Shown one piece after another: positions 38,777 through 48,909 of a stretch of 64,000 nucleotides of DNA (the stretch's first letter is position 1; every line of letters starts with the position of its first letter). The notes below the pieces were generated by a model. The model saw only the letters and a program-made list of their open reading frames with translations, made no database searches and had not been told where the DNA came from. Source of the DNA: Bacteroidota bacterium (lineage in GTDB: Bacteria > Bacteroidota > Bacteroidia > Flavobacteriales_F > PHOS-HE28); NCBI GenBank assembly GCA_018267065.1, contig JAFDZG010000197.1, positions 1,486-65,485 on the forward strand, in the 5' to 3' direction. A program made the translations under genes and the position numbers.

Positions 38777-39346
38777 ATGGACAAAACGCTTCAACAATAT
38801 GATGCAGTCGTGAACGGTTGCATGGACCTGTTTGCCAAGAAGGCAAAGGACTATGGCACGGCATGGCGCATCCTGCGTGTTTCCTCGCTCACGGACCAGA
38901 TCTTCATCAAGGCAAGGCGCATCCGCACCTTGCAGGAAGTGGGTTCCAGCAAAGTGGATGAAGGCGTGCGCCCGGAACTGGTTGGCATTGTGAACTACGC
39001 GGCCATGGCCTTGGTGCAACTGGAACTGGGCGTGGCCGAGTCACCGGACCTCTCTCCCGAAATGGCGGCAGACCGGGTCCGGGGCCACATCCTCACCTCG
39101 CGCAGCCTGATGGTCCGAAAGAACCATGACTATGGCGAGGCGTGGCGCAGCATGCGCGTCAGTTCGTTGGTGGACCTGATCCTGGTGAAATTGTTGCGGA
39201 TCAAACAGATCGAGGACAACAGTGGTGCCACGCTTGTCAGCGAAGGCATTGACGCGAATTTCCAGGATATCGTGAACTACGCGGTTTTTGCGCTGATCCA
39301 CTTGGATGAGGAGCAAAGCTCACTTGCCAGGGGCGGGGGGCACTGA
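38777..39346 (+). CDS. DUF1599 domain protein (two tandem DUF1599 repeats)
   Basis: Two internal repeats: …KAKDYGTAWRILRVSSLTDQIFIKARRIRTLQE… and …KNHDYGEAWRSMRVSSLVDLILVKLLRIKQIED…. Conserved Bacteroidota folP neighbour. Confidence 0.75.
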   Translation: MDKTLQQYDAVVNGCMDLFAKKAKDYGTAWRILRVSSLTDQIFIKARRIRTLQEVGSSKVDEGVRPELVGIVNYAAMALVQLELGVAESPDLSPEMAADRVRGHILTSRSLMVRKNHDYGEAWRSMRVSSLVDLILVKLLRIKQIEDNSGATLVSEGIDANFQDIVNYAVFALIHLDEEQSSLARGGGH

Positions 39347-39856
39347 GAAGGACTTCATCATCGCTTCCGCAAGGAACAGGTTCTCCTCATATACCGCTTG
39401 CGGCGCTGCATAGGCCAAGGAATAGGTCCGGCCCCCGATCACCCTGACTTCTTTTTTGTGGTGGATGGTTCCGCTGCTGCCGTCCACAGTGTATTCCATG
39501 AAGAAGGCCCCGGAACCGTCCGGCGGGGTGGATGAGATCAAATGAAAGCCTTTCCCTTGGGGAAGGCTGCTTGATCCAGCCTTTGCCGGGATCGGCTCCA
39601 CCACCAGGGAAACCGTTGGCGCCATGCCCGGCCCGGCCCCTGCCGCCTTGGTGAAAATGGCCGCTGTATCACCGGAAGGGCCCGCAACAGTCCATGAACC
39701 GGGGAAGTTCATGGTGCCAACGCCGGACTTCCATGTTTTCCATGCAGGAACCGTATCGGTAACGATCCGGGTGACCACACGGGCATCCTGGGCTTTCATG
39801 GAAGTGCATGCAGCAGCCGACAGGAACAGGATGAAGGAAGCGCGCTGGAACATCAT
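39320..39856 (-). CDS. Hypothetical secreted/lipoprotein (signal MMFQRASFILFLSAAACTSMKAQ)
   Basis: ORF plus lipobox-like AAC. Confidence 0.5.
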   Translation of the reverse strand: MMFQRASFILFLSAAACTSMKAQDARVVTRIVTDTVPAWKTWKSGVGTMNFPGSWTVAGPSGDTAAIFTKAAGAGPGMAPTVSLVVEPIPAKAGSSSLPQGKGFHLISSTPPDGSGAFFMEYTVDGSSGTIHHKKEVRVIGGRTYSLAYAAPQAVYEENLFLAEAMMKSFSVPPAPGK

Positions 39857-40023
39857 GGAGCTTGAATTCGAGGGCAAGATCGTCATTGTGACGGATAAAT
39901 CGATTTCCGAGGCCGGGGAAATGAACAATGGCCTGTTGGTGCAATTGCCTAAAAGGCCGGTTTCAGGCTTGGATCGCAGTATTCACGGGGATAGTTTCGC
40001 AGCCCTTCCAGCCAAAGGGTACC

Positions 40024-40617
40024 ATGAAACACCGCATGAAAATCTCCCTGACCTGTTTGGTAACCGGTCTTTTTATAGGCATGCAGGATGCTTCAGCCTA
40101 CCACCTGGAAGTGGTGGGCCTGGTTACGGACTATGCAACGCAACAGGCCATGCCGGCCGCACGCGTGCGGATCTACAAGAACGGGGCATTGCAGACGGTG
40201 CGGTTCACCAATGGGGCCGGAGGGTATTCCGTCCTGTTGGACAACCATGCTGATTATGTGGTCCGGGTGGATGCACCAGGCTTCCAGGTAAAATGCATCA
40301 CGGTGGACACCAAGGGTTTGGAATGGGAAGGCGACAACCGCGTGAGCAAGGTGGAAGTGGAGGTGCGATTGCCCCGGTTGGGCAGCGGGGTTGACCTGTC
40401 CTATTTCGACCTTCCTGTGGGCATCGCCAGGTTTGAGCCGGCTACGGGTCTTACACGCTGGAACATTGCCTATGAGGGGCGGGTGAACGCAGAAGCCCGC
40501 ACATTGATGGACCGCTATGACCAACGGTGCCGGGAACTCGGCTTTCCGCTCCCTGCGCGAAGCATGGACCTTGGAGCCGTGCTCGTTCGCGGGGCCATCG
40601 ATCATGGAGGACTCTGA
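40024..40617 (+). CDS. Secreted CarboxypepD_reg-like protein, paralogue B
   Basis: Signal MKHRMKISLTCLVTGLFIGMQDASA, then …YHLEVVGLVTDYATQQAMPAARVRIYKNG…GGYSVLLDNHADYVVRVDAPGFQVKCITVDTKG… has the same architecture as 37339 and 57988. Confidence 0.6.
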   Translation: MKHRMKISLTCLVTGLFIGMQDASAYHLEVVGLVTDYATQQAMPAARVRIYKNGALQTVRFTNGAGGYSVLLDNHADYVVRVDAPGFQVKCITVDTKGLEWEGDNRVSKVEVEVRLPRLGSGVDLSYFDLPVGIARFEPATGLTRWNIAYEGRVNAEARTLMDRYDQRCRELGFPLPARSMDLGAVLVRGAIDHGGL

Positions 40618-40743
40618 TCTTGGCGCATAGGCCGCTCGCCGAGTTGCCAAAGATTCCCTTTCATCATGGCTGTGCGGTACGGGAGGGCTACTTTCGTCAC
40701 CGACGGTAAACCGCGTCACCTTTCCAGCTTTTTCACCTAAGTC

Positions 40744-42084
40744 ATGCGCATACTCCTTCTGATCTGCCGAATTCTGGTCGGCGCAACGTTCATCATCAGC
40801 GGGCTTATCAAGGCAAATGACCCTGTGGGGTTCAGCATCAAGCTGGAAGAGTACTTCGCCGCAAGTGCGTTGGGCTTGCCTTGGTTGATCCCGTACTCGC
40901 TCGGGCTGGCCATGTTGGCGTGTTTGGCCGAAGTGGTACTGGGCTTTGCCGTGCTGGTTGGCGGCCGCATGAAGCTTGCCACTTGGTCCCTCCTGTTGCT
41001 CACCCTGTTCTTCGGATGGCTCACGGCCTACACGGCTACCTGTGACCCGCAGGGCAAGTATGAAGTCATGGTGAACGGGGTGGCGGAATTGCGCGATGTG
41101 ACCTGCGTAACGGATTGCGGCTGCTTCGGCGATGCCATGAAGGGTTCCCTGGGCCGGTCACTCACCCCTTGGGAAAGCTTTTCCAAGGACATGGTCCTGC
41201 TGGTCTTTGTGCTGCCGTTGTTCTTCTTCAGAAGGCGGATAAAGTTCAATACATGGGGCGATGACCTGGCCGTCCTTCCGATTTCCATGGTGTTACTGGC
41301 CTTTTACTGCTGGGTGTTCGCGTGGTGGTTCCCGATCCTGTTTGCCGTGGGGGTGCTTGCCGGTTACATGATCATCAAACGATTGGTGCAAGGTTCCCGG
41401 GCGGAATGGATGACAGCAGGCTGGGTGGCGGTTGCCACCATTGCGTTCATGTGGCATTGTTACGCCCATTTGCCCATGCGTGATTACCGGCCTTATGCCG
41501 TAGGCAAAAGCATTTTGGAGCAGAAGAACGATGCCAAGCCACCCGTGAACCTGACATACGTAAGCTACAAGGACAAGCGGACGGGTGAGGTAAAGGAGTA
41601 CCTGACTTCCCAGCCTTATCCGTGGAATGACACCAACTTTGTGAACGTGCCGAACAGCACGCGCGTGGTGGAAGTGGAGCCCGGCATTGTTTCCCAAGTA
41701 CAGGACTTCATCCTGATGGACCAGGATGGGAACGACCTGACGGAGGATGTGCTGAACATGGAAAAGCCCGTACTGCTGGTAGTGGACAAGACCATCAGTG
41801 AAACGAAGACCCGCTGCCAGCCGGCCATCAATACCCTGGCCGCTGCCGCGGAAAAGAACGGTTGGAAGGTCTATGGGGTGACGAGCAGCTCTTACGATGA
41901 GTCTGAATCGTTCCGCCATGCGAACCAGAACATGTTTGATTTCCTGACCTGTGACGAGGTGACGCTGAAGACCATGATCCGAAGCAATCCTGGGCTTGTA
42001 TTGCTGCAACATGGTGTTGTGAGGGGCAAATGGCACTGCAACGATGTGCCTTCATTTGCCGCCGCCAAGCGGAAGCTGCGCTGA
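40744..42084 (+). CDS. DoxX-like membrane domain fused to a thioredoxin-like periplasmic domain (BT_3928-like family)
   Basis: The N-terminus MRILLLICRILVGATFIISGLIKANDPVGF… is DoxX-like, with six TM. The C-terminal soluble domain carries …TCVTDCGCFGD…. This is a characteristic tpiA neighbour in Bacteroidota. The family name was assigned from memory. Confidence 0.6.
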   Translation: MRILLLICRILVGATFIISGLIKANDPVGFSIKLEEYFAASALGLPWLIPYSLGLAMLACLAEVVLGFAVLVGGRMKLATWSLLLLTLFFGWLTAYTATCDPQGKYEVMVNGVAELRDVTCVTDCGCFGDAMKGSLGRSLTPWESFSKDMVLLVFVLPLFFFRRRIKFNTWGDDLAVLPISMVLLAFYCWVFAWWFPILFAVGVLAGYMIIKRLVQGSRAEWMTAGWVAVATIAFMWHCYAHLPMRDYRPYAVGKSILEQKNDAKPPVNLTYVSYKDKRTGEVKEYLTSQPYPWNDTNFVNVPNSTRVVEVEPGIVSQVQDFILMDQDGNDLTEDVLNMEKPVLLVVDKTISETKTRCQPAINTLAAAAEKNGWKVYGVTSSSYDESESFRHANQNMFDFLTCDEVTLKTMIRSNPGLVLLQHGVVRGKWHCNDVPSFAAAKRKLR

Positions 42085-42175
42085 TCGCGCTTCCAACGCT
42101 GGCCGTTGACAACCTTTTCCAAGAACGTGGGAAGGGAATTCCCCGGCGGTCATCTTTGCCGTTCAAAGCATGCAG

Positions 42176-42955
42176 ATGAGCGCAAGGACCATTGTTGCCG
42201 GAAATTGGAAAATGCACACTGATGCAGGTACGGCAGGTGTGTTGCTGGATGCATTCATGGAATGGTCGGCGTCAAATCCAGGCCATGTTTCCATGGTTTT
42301 GGCACCTCCGTTCCCTTTTCTTGGCATGGCGGTGGAAAAAACCAAAAGTGCCGGTTCCGTGATAATAGCCGCGCAGAACTGCCACCAGGAGGAACAGGGT
42401 GCTTTCACCGGCGAGGTGAGCGTGCCGATGCTTCGGTCCATCGGTGTGAAGGCGTGCATTGTGGGCCACAGTGAACGGCGGCAGTACTATGGTGAGCATG
42501 ATGCCATCGTTGCAAGGAAGATCAAGGTGTTGCTCAAGCACGGGCTCCAGCCCATCTATTGTTGCGGGGAGAACAGGGTGGAGCGGGAATCGGGCCGGTT
42601 CCGTGAAGTGGTGGCCGGCCAGATGCGGGAAGCATTGGGCGGTCTGGCACCGGCTGAGATCGCCGGGCTGGTTGTTGCATACGAACCGGTTTGGGCCATT
42701 GGCACGGGGCTTACAGCCACACCTGAACAGGCTGCGGAGATGCACGCCTTCATCCGTGAAGAATTGCACCATCTTGCCGGAAGCCGGGCCATGGAAGTTC
42801 CCCTGCTGTATGGCGGATCCTGCAAGCCGGAGAACGCCACGGGCATTTTCCAGGGCAAGGATGTGGACGGTGGCTTGATAGGGGGGGCCGCATTGACAGC
42901 GGACACGTTCATTGCGCTGGTCCGCATTGCCGGCGAGGTGAAACAGCATCATTAG
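42176..42955 (+). CDS. tpiA: Triosephosphate isomerase
   Basis: …IVAGNWKMH…AAQNC…GAFTGEVS…VGHSERR…CCGE…VAYEPVWAIGTG…YGGS…. Confidence 0.9.
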   Translation: MSARTIVAGNWKMHTDAGTAGVLLDAFMEWSASNPGHVSMVLAPPFPFLGMAVEKTKSAGSVIIAAQNCHQEEQGAFTGEVSVPMLRSIGVKACIVGHSERRQYYGEHDAIVARKIKVLLKHGLQPIYCCGENRVERESGRFREVVAGQMREALGGLAPAEIAGLVVAYEPVWAIGTGLTATPEQAAEMHAFIREELHHLAGSRAMEVPLLYGGSCKPENATGIFQGKDVDGGLIGGAALTADTFIALVRIAGEVKQHH

Positions 42956-42959
42956 GCCC

Positions 42960-43811
42960 ATGCGCTACACCGAGGTTGATTTTCTGATCAGGCCTGCAGA
43001 ACCATGGCGGGACCTGCTGATGGTGGAACTGATGGAGCTGGGCTACGAATCCTTTGAGGAAACAACGCATGGCCTAAAAGCCTACATGGCCACCCGGCAA
43101 TTCAACCGACTTGCCCTGGACGGTTTGCAGGTCCTGCGTGATCCGCACGTTACGATCACCTTTGGCGTGCACGATGTGCCTGACATCAATTGGAATGCCC
43201 GTTGGGAGCGGGAATTCCAACCTGTGGAAGTGGATGGCAGGGTGCGCGTGCGTGCGGAGTTCCACCCGGTTGACGGAACCGTCCAGCATGATATCGTGAT
43301 CACTCCGCGAATGGCGTTCGGCACCGGCCACCATGCCACCACACGCATGATGGTAAAGGCCATGCTGGGGATGGGGATGCAGGGCTCCGAGGTATGCGAC
43401 CTGGGCTGTGGAACCGCCGTGTTGGCCATTCTGGCTGAACGCTTGGGGGCAGCCCGTGTACTGGCCATTGACAATGACCAGGCAGCCGTGGATAACGCCC
43501 GCGAGAATGTGGCCCGGAACGGTTGTCAGCGGGTGGTTGTGGAAAAGGGCGGAACGGAGATCGGGGACCGCGGTTGCTTCGGCACTATTTTGGCCAATAT
43601 TGAACGCAATACGTTGGTGCGTGCGATGCCGGAAATGGTCCGTGCATTGGCAACAGGTGGAAAGTTGTTGTTGAGCGGGTTCATCAAGGCGGATGAGGAT
43701 GTGATGGCCAGCGCGGCATCGGCTTGTGGATTGAAGCACGTGCAAACGCTTGAGGAAGGTGAATGGGCACTGTCCGAATGGGAAAAAACAAACACCGCGG
43801 AAAGGGCATGA
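42960..43811 (+). CDS. prmA: Ribosomal protein L11 methyltransferase
   Basis: …FHPVDGTVQHDIVITPRMAFGTGHHATT…VCDLGCGTAVLAILA… matches PrmA. Confidence 0.8.
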   Translation: MRYTEVDFLIRPAEPWRDLLMVELMELGYESFEETTHGLKAYMATRQFNRLALDGLQVLRDPHVTITFGVHDVPDINWNARWEREFQPVEVDGRVRVRAEFHPVDGTVQHDIVITPRMAFGTGHHATTRMMVKAMLGMGMQGSEVCDLGCGTAVLAILAERLGAARVLAIDNDQAAVDNARENVARNGCQRVVVEKGGTEIGDRGCFGTILANIERNTLVRAMPEMVRALATGGKLLLSGFIKADEDVMASAASACGLKHVQTLEEGEWALSEWEKTNTAERA

Positions 43812-46800
43812 ACCTTTTTGCAGGAATTGCCGGGGCCATGCTTCTGATGCTTGCGTCCCCGCGTGCCGTAATGGCCCAAACACCCGTATTCCCGGATGAC
43901 CAGGCGGCATATCTGAAGGCCATTACCAGCTTCCTGGTGGAAGCGGACAAGAAGGAGGGAACGGCGTTCATTGAAAAGACCTTCACGCCGTTCTGGAACG
44001 GCAGTTACCTGGATCAGGCAACACGGGCCAGGATGGTGGCCATTTCCAACGTGATGGGGAAGAAGCGCTTCCGTGCCATCCCGGATTTCATGGACATGCT
44101 TGGCACGGCGGAGGCATTTTCCGCCAAAGGGCATTCACCAGCAGAGTTCGATGCCTGGATGAAAGGCTTGGAGCGGGCAGGCCGTTCATCCAGAAAGCAG
44201 GACATGGCAGACTACCTCGAAATGGGAAAGTTGCTCCTGTCCGGCACCAAGCTTTATGAGACTGCAGGCGCCGAATGGCATGCACGCACGGAGAGGTTCA
44301 TCTTCATGTATGATACAGTGCCCAAGGTGAAATTCCCCAAAACTGATCTGGTGTGGGCCACCAAGACGGATAGCTCCGTGATCGAAGGGACGGAAGGAAT
44401 TTTCCTGCCCATGCAGAACTTGTGGACGGGCAAGGCCGGAAAGATCACATGGAAACGTGCGGGCTTGGCGCCGGAGAAAACATTTGTGGCATGGGAGCAT
44501 GGATATAGCCTGAAGCTGAAGACCACGGAAGTCCGCATCGATTCCGTCAATTTCACCGATCCCTATTTTGATAAGGTCCTGTTGGGAACCGTGGTGGACA
44601 AGTTGCGGGCGAATGTCACTGCGGAGCGTGCAAGCTATCCGCAGTTTGAAAGCTTTGACCTGCGCAAGCGCATCATCGATATTGTGCCCGGCATTGATTT
44701 CGAAGGAGGCTTCGCGATGCAAGGGGCCAAACTTCAGGGATATGGTTCAAAGGAAGAACCGGCCTCGCTCACCTTCAAACGGGAAAACAAGCCATTCATC
44801 ATTACGAGGGGATTGGTATTCACCATTGAGCCTGAGAAGGTGAGCAGCGAAGACGTTTCGGTGAAGATCCTGCTTGACAAGGATTCAATCACGCACCCCA
44901 GCGTTAGCCTCCGTTTCATGCGGGACAAGAAGCAGCTAACCTTGATCAAGAGGGACGAGGGTTTGTCCAAGGGACCCTTCTATGACACGTACCATGCCTT
45001 GGACATGTACTTCGAAGAGCTGCGATGGAAACAGGGCGACCCGTTGGTGCAGCTCGGCAACATGCAGGGCACCACGCAGACCCGCACCTCCTTTGAGAGC
45101 TTCAACTACTTCGAGCAGCGTCGCTACATCGCCTTGATGGGCATCAGCGAGGTACATCCGCTATCGCTCCTGTACGAGTTCAGCAGGAAGGAGGGAAATG
45201 AATTTCAGGCGAAGGACTATGCGGTTTACACCAAATTGCAGATGTCCCAAGTGGTGCCCATGCTGGTGGACATGGCGAACAAGGGCTTTGTCCACTATGA
45301 CATGGATGAGGAGCGCGTCACCATCCTTCCCCGCCTAAAGCAGCATATTCTTTCCAGTGCCGGCAAGGTGGACTACGATGTGCTGCAATTCAACAGCAAT
45401 AGTCCGGACGGCGTGAACGGCACCATCAATCTATTGAACAACGACTTGGCGCTCAACGGGGTGTCGCGCATCACCTTGAGTGATTCGCAGAATGTGCAGA
45501 TTTATCCTGCGGAGAAACTGGTAACTGTAAAGAAGGACCGGGATTTCAGTTTCGGCGGTGTGGTGAAGGCAGGCAAGCTCACCTTCTTCGGCAAGGAGTA
45601 TTTCTTCCACTATGAGCCGTTCACCATCGACCTGCTCAATGTGGACAGCGTAGGGTTCATGGCGGACAGCTTTGAACCGGATGAAAGCGGCAACCATCGG
45701 CTGGTGAAGGTGAAGAACGTGCTGGAAAACGTTACCGGGAGCCTGGAAGTGGACGCACCGAGCAACAAGAGCGGCTTGCAGCAGAAGAAATATCCGGAGT
45801 ACCCGAAGTTCAACAGCACCAAGGAGAGCTTTGTGTTCTACGATAAGGGCAGCATCCAGCGCGGAGCCTACAAGCGGGACAAGTTCTACTACAAAAGCGA
45901 TCCCTTCGTGATCGATAGCTTGGACAACTTCACCAATGAAGGCTTGAAGTTCGACGGCACGTTGGTGAGCGCCGGCATCTTCCCGGACATCCGCGAAACC
46001 TTGCGCTTGCAGCAGGACTATGCGCTTGGCTTTGTGAGGCCCACGGGTGATGGCGGGCTTCCGCTTTACAGCAAGAAGGCCAAATTTTCCAATACCCTCA
46101 AGCTGGACAACAAGGGCTTGCATGGGGATGGCGACCTTGCCTTCCTCACCACCATTGCAAAAGGGAAAGACTTGGTGTTCACCCCGGACACCACGTTCGG
46201 GGTTGCGGATACCCTGTACAACGGGGCGGCCAGCAGCCCCACGCTCAATGTGCCCAACGTGCAGGCCTCAAACGTCTTCCTGCGCCTTGAACCCGCCAAG
46301 GACATGCTGCTGGCCCGGAACCTCAGCGCCCCCATGGTGATGTATGACAAGCAGGCCTACCTGTACGGAAAGACCGAGCTCAGCCCCAAAGGCATGAACG
46401 GTGCCGGATTGGTGGACTTCACCAATGCCACGCTGAAATCCAAGCTCTTCAACTTCAAGACCGTGCAAGTGCATGCCGATACCAGTGACTTCCGCCTTAC
46501 GGAAGGCGATACCGCAAGCATTGCGTTCCGCACCGACAACGTGAACGCCACCGTGAAACTGGATGAACGGGTGGGCGAATTTGTCAGCAACGGGAATGAG
46601 ACCAAGGTGGAGTTCCCGTACAACCAGTACATCTGCTACATGGACCGCTTCAAATGGTACATGGACCAGGGCGACATCGAACTGGAAAGCGACCGGACCG
46701 CATCCGCAGGCAACGAGGACCTGCAGCTCAGCGGCAGCAATTTCATCAGCGTGAACCCGGGCCAGGATTCCTTGCGCTTCATGGCGCCCAAGGCCCGGTA

Positions 46801-48259
46801 CGACTTGAAGCAGCATTTGATCACGGCGAACGAAGTGCAGTACATCAAGGTGGCCGATGCCTTGATCACACCGGACAGCATGTTGGTGCGGATCAGGAAG
46901 AATGCCGAGATGGACCCGCTGAACCACGCCGTTGTCACGGCCAACTTCGTGAACAAGTACCACACCATCCACGATGCCACCGTGAAGATCGCCGCACGCA
47001 GGCAGTACAGCGGAAGCGGGACGTATGACTACAAGGATGAAACGGGAAAAGTGTTCCCGATCACCATGAAGACCATCAATGTGGACACGGCCTTCCAAAC
47101 CTATGCCATCGGTACCGTGCCCCAGGAGGCCGGGTTCCAGCTCAGCCCCGCATTTGATTTCTTCGGTGAAGTGAAACTGGAGGCCGCCACCAAAGAGCTC
47201 AAATTCACGGGAAGCACACGGATCATGCACGAGTGTGCGGGGATCTCAAAGAACTGGATGAACTTCACCGGGCGGATCGACCCGATGGAAGTCTTCATAC
47301 CCGTGAGCGATTCGCTCATGGATGCCGAAGGGCTGCCGATCGGTGCCGGCATATACATGACCAAGGATGATCCCTTCCGCACGTATGGCACCTTCCTGAG
47401 CCGCAAGCAGGACAAGGCGGACCGGGACATCATCAGCGCAAAGGGATTGCTCTTCTATGATAAGGTGATGAAGGCGTACCTCATCTCCAACAAGGACAAG
47501 ATCCGGCAGCACAACCTGCCCGGCAATTTGGTCCTGCTTTCCACGGAAAGCTGCCTGTTGAGCGGCGACGGCCACATCAGCCAAGGCGTGGACCTGGGCC
47601 AGGTGAAGTCCGATGCCTACGGAACGATCGAATACCGGGGCGACAGCGCCAGGACCACGGCCCATGTTACGCTTTTGGCGGACTTCCCTTTCCTGGACAA
47701 TGCGCTGGAAAAGATGGTCGCCGACATGGCCGCCTATCCGGAGCAGAAGCAGGTGGACCTCTCCAAAACACCCTATGAGCGATCACTGCGTGAAGTGCTT
47801 GGCAAGGAGAAGAGCGATAAACTGATCAGCGAGCTCAGCATCAAGGGAGAGGTGAAAAAGCTGCCGGACGAACTGGTGAAGGCGATCACATTCTGCGATC
47901 TGGGATTGCGGTGGAACACCGCGGATGAAGCGTGGCAGAGCTACGGCCCCTTGGGCGTTGGGTCCGTTCTGAAGAAACCGCTTTACCGTTACCTCAAGGG
48001 CAAGGCGGAGTTCCAGCGCAAACGCAGCGGCGATGTCATGACCATCCTTTTGATGCTGGATGATCAAACCTATTGGTTCTTCCAGTACGCGCGCAATTAC
48101 CTTTATGTGTACAGCAGCAGCACGGAATTCAACACCATGATCAGCGAACTGAAGGACGACAAGCGGCAATTCCCGGGAAAGAAAGGCGCGCCGGACTACC
48201 AGTTCATATTGACGAACAAGCGCAAGGTGGACGAATTCCGTGACCGGTTCGGCCTATGA
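43808..48259 (+). CDS. 1483-aa conserved hypothetical secreted protein (signal MNLFAGIAGAMLLMLASPRAVMAQ); function unknown
   Basis: Long uninterrupted ORF. The ATG at 43808 overlaps the prmA stop (ATGA). No domain recognisable by eye; secondary structure looks beta-rich. Confidence 0.65.
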   Translation: MNLFAGIAGAMLLMLASPRAVMAQTPVFPDDQAAYLKAITSFLVEADKKEGTAFIEKTFTPFWNGSYLDQATRARMVAISNVMGKKRFRAIPDFMDMLGTAEAFSAKGHSPAEFDAWMKGLERAGRSSRKQDMADYLEMGKLLLSGTKLYETAGAEWHARTERFIFMYDTVPKVKFPKTDLVWATKTDSSVIEGTEGIFLPMQNLWTGKAGKITWKRAGLAPEKTFVAWEHGYSLKLKTTEVRIDSVNFTDPYFDKVLLGTVVDKLRANVTAERASYPQFESFDLRKRIIDIVPGIDFEGGFAMQGAKLQGYGSKEEPASLTFKRENKPFIITRGLVFTIEPEKVSSEDVSVKILLDKDSITHPSVSLRFMRDKKQLTLIKRDEGLSKGPFYDTYHALDMYFEELRWKQGDPLVQLGNMQGTTQTRTSFESFNYFEQRRYIALMGISEVHPLSLLYEFSRKEGNEFQAKDYAVYTKLQMSQVVPMLVDMANKGFVHYDMDEERVTILPRLKQHILSSAGKVDYDVLQFNSNSPDGVNGTINLLNNDLALNGVSRITLSDSQNVQIYPAEKLVTVKKDRDFSFGGVVKAGKLTFFGKEYFFHYEPFTIDLLNVDSVGFMADSFEPDESGNHRLVKVKNVLENVTGSLEVDAPSNKSGLQQKKYPEYPKFNSTKESFVFYDKGSIQRGAYKRDKFYYKSDPFVIDSLDNFTNEGLKFDGTLVSAGIFPDIRETLRLQQDYALGFVRPTGDGGLPLYSKKAKFSNTLKLDNKGLHGDGDLAFLTTIAKGKDLVFTPDTTFGVADTLYNGAASSPTLNVPNVQASNVFLRLEPAKDMLLARNLSAPMVMYDKQAYLYGKTELSPKGMNGAGLVDFTNATLKSKLFNFKTVQVHADTSDFRLTEGDTASIAFRTDNVNATVKLDERVGEFVSNGNETKVEFPYNQYICYMDRFKWYMDQGDIELESDRTASAGNEDLQLSGSNFISVNPGQDSLRFMAPKARYDLKQHLITANEVQYIKVADALITPDSMLVRIRKNAEMDPLNHAVVTANFVNKYHTIHDATVKIAARRQYSGSGTYDYKDETGKVFPITMKTINVDTAFQTYAIGTVPQEAGFQLSPAFDFFGEVKLEAATKELKFTGSTRIMHECAGISKNWMNFTGRIDPMEVFIPVSDSLMDAEGLPIGAGIYMTKDDPFRTYGTFLSRKQDKADRDIISAKGLLFYDKVMKAYLISNKDKIRQHNLPGNLVLLSTESCLLSGDGHISQGVDLGQVKSDAYGTIEYRGDSARTTAHVTLLADFPFLDNALEKMVADMAAYPEQKQVDLSKTPYERSLREVLGKEKSDKLISELSIKGEVKKLPDELVKAITFCDLGLRWNTADEAWQSYGPLGVGSVLKKPLYRYLKGKAEFQRKRSGDVMTILLMLDDQTYWFFQYARNYLYVYSSSTEFNTMISELKDDKRQFPGKKGAPDYQFILTNKRKVDEFRDRFGL

Positions 48260-48909
48260 CCATGCAATTCCCCTGGATATACGGAACCACGGCCATGGCG
48301 ATCAGCTACCTCTGCGGCAGCATACCCAGCTCCGTGTGGTGGGGAAAGGCATTTTATGGCATCGATGTACGGGAGCACGGCAGCCACAACGCCGGCGCGA
48401 CGAACACCTTTCGGGTGCTTGGCCCCAAGGCTGGCGTTCCGGTGTTGCTCATCGATGTATTGAAAGGCTTCCTCCCCGTAAGGTTGCTTCCGTTCTGGAG
48501 CGGGCTTGAACCCTATTCCGATGCATGGACATTGCTGCGGGTATTGCTCGTGCTCGCCGCAGTGGCTGGGCATCTCTATCCGGTTTTCGCCGGATTCCGC
48601 GGCGGAAAGGGCATCGCCACCTCGCTTGGCGGGGTATTGGCCATCCATCCGGGATCAGCCATGCTGTGCATCCTGGTGTTCTTCGTGGTGTTCGGCATCA
48701 CGCGGTACGTATCGCTGGCCTCGCTTACCGCAGCGGTGGCATTCCCGTTGGCCGTGGCCGTGGTATTCGCCGAGCCAAGCCAAGTAATGCGCTGGTTTGC
48801 CCTGGTGCTTTGCGGCGTCGTCTTCTTCACCCATCGCCAGAACATAGCCCGGCTGCTCAAAGGAAAAGAGAACCGCATGACCCTTGGCGGCCCCATGAAA
48901 AGGACATGA
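48256..48909 (+). CDS. plsY: Glycerol-3-phosphate acyltransferase PlsY
   Basis: …YLCGSIPSSVWWGKAFYGIDVREHGSHNAGATNTFRVLG…GFRGGKGIATSLG… matches PlsY. Its start overlaps the previous stop (ATGA). Confidence 0.85.
   Translation: MTMQFPWIYGTTAMAISYLCGSIPSSVWWGKAFYGIDVREHGSHNAGATNTFRVLGPKAGVPVLLIDVLKGFLPVRLLPFWSGLEPYSDAWTLLRVLLVLAAVAGHLYPVFAGFRGGKGIATSLGGVLAIHPGSAMLCILVFFVVFGITRYVSLASLTAAVAFPLAVAVVFAEPSQVMRWFALVLCGVVFFTHRQNIARLLKGKENRMTLGGPMKRT

Noticed and set aside
48525-48905. Upstream extension of the giant SPOR gene ORF into plsY
   Set aside because: The extension is out of frame with, and inside, plsY. A Met followed by a signal-like segment (MNSSKAHIICKHLMACVLFAGQALA) begins at 48906, exactly overlapping the plsY stop.
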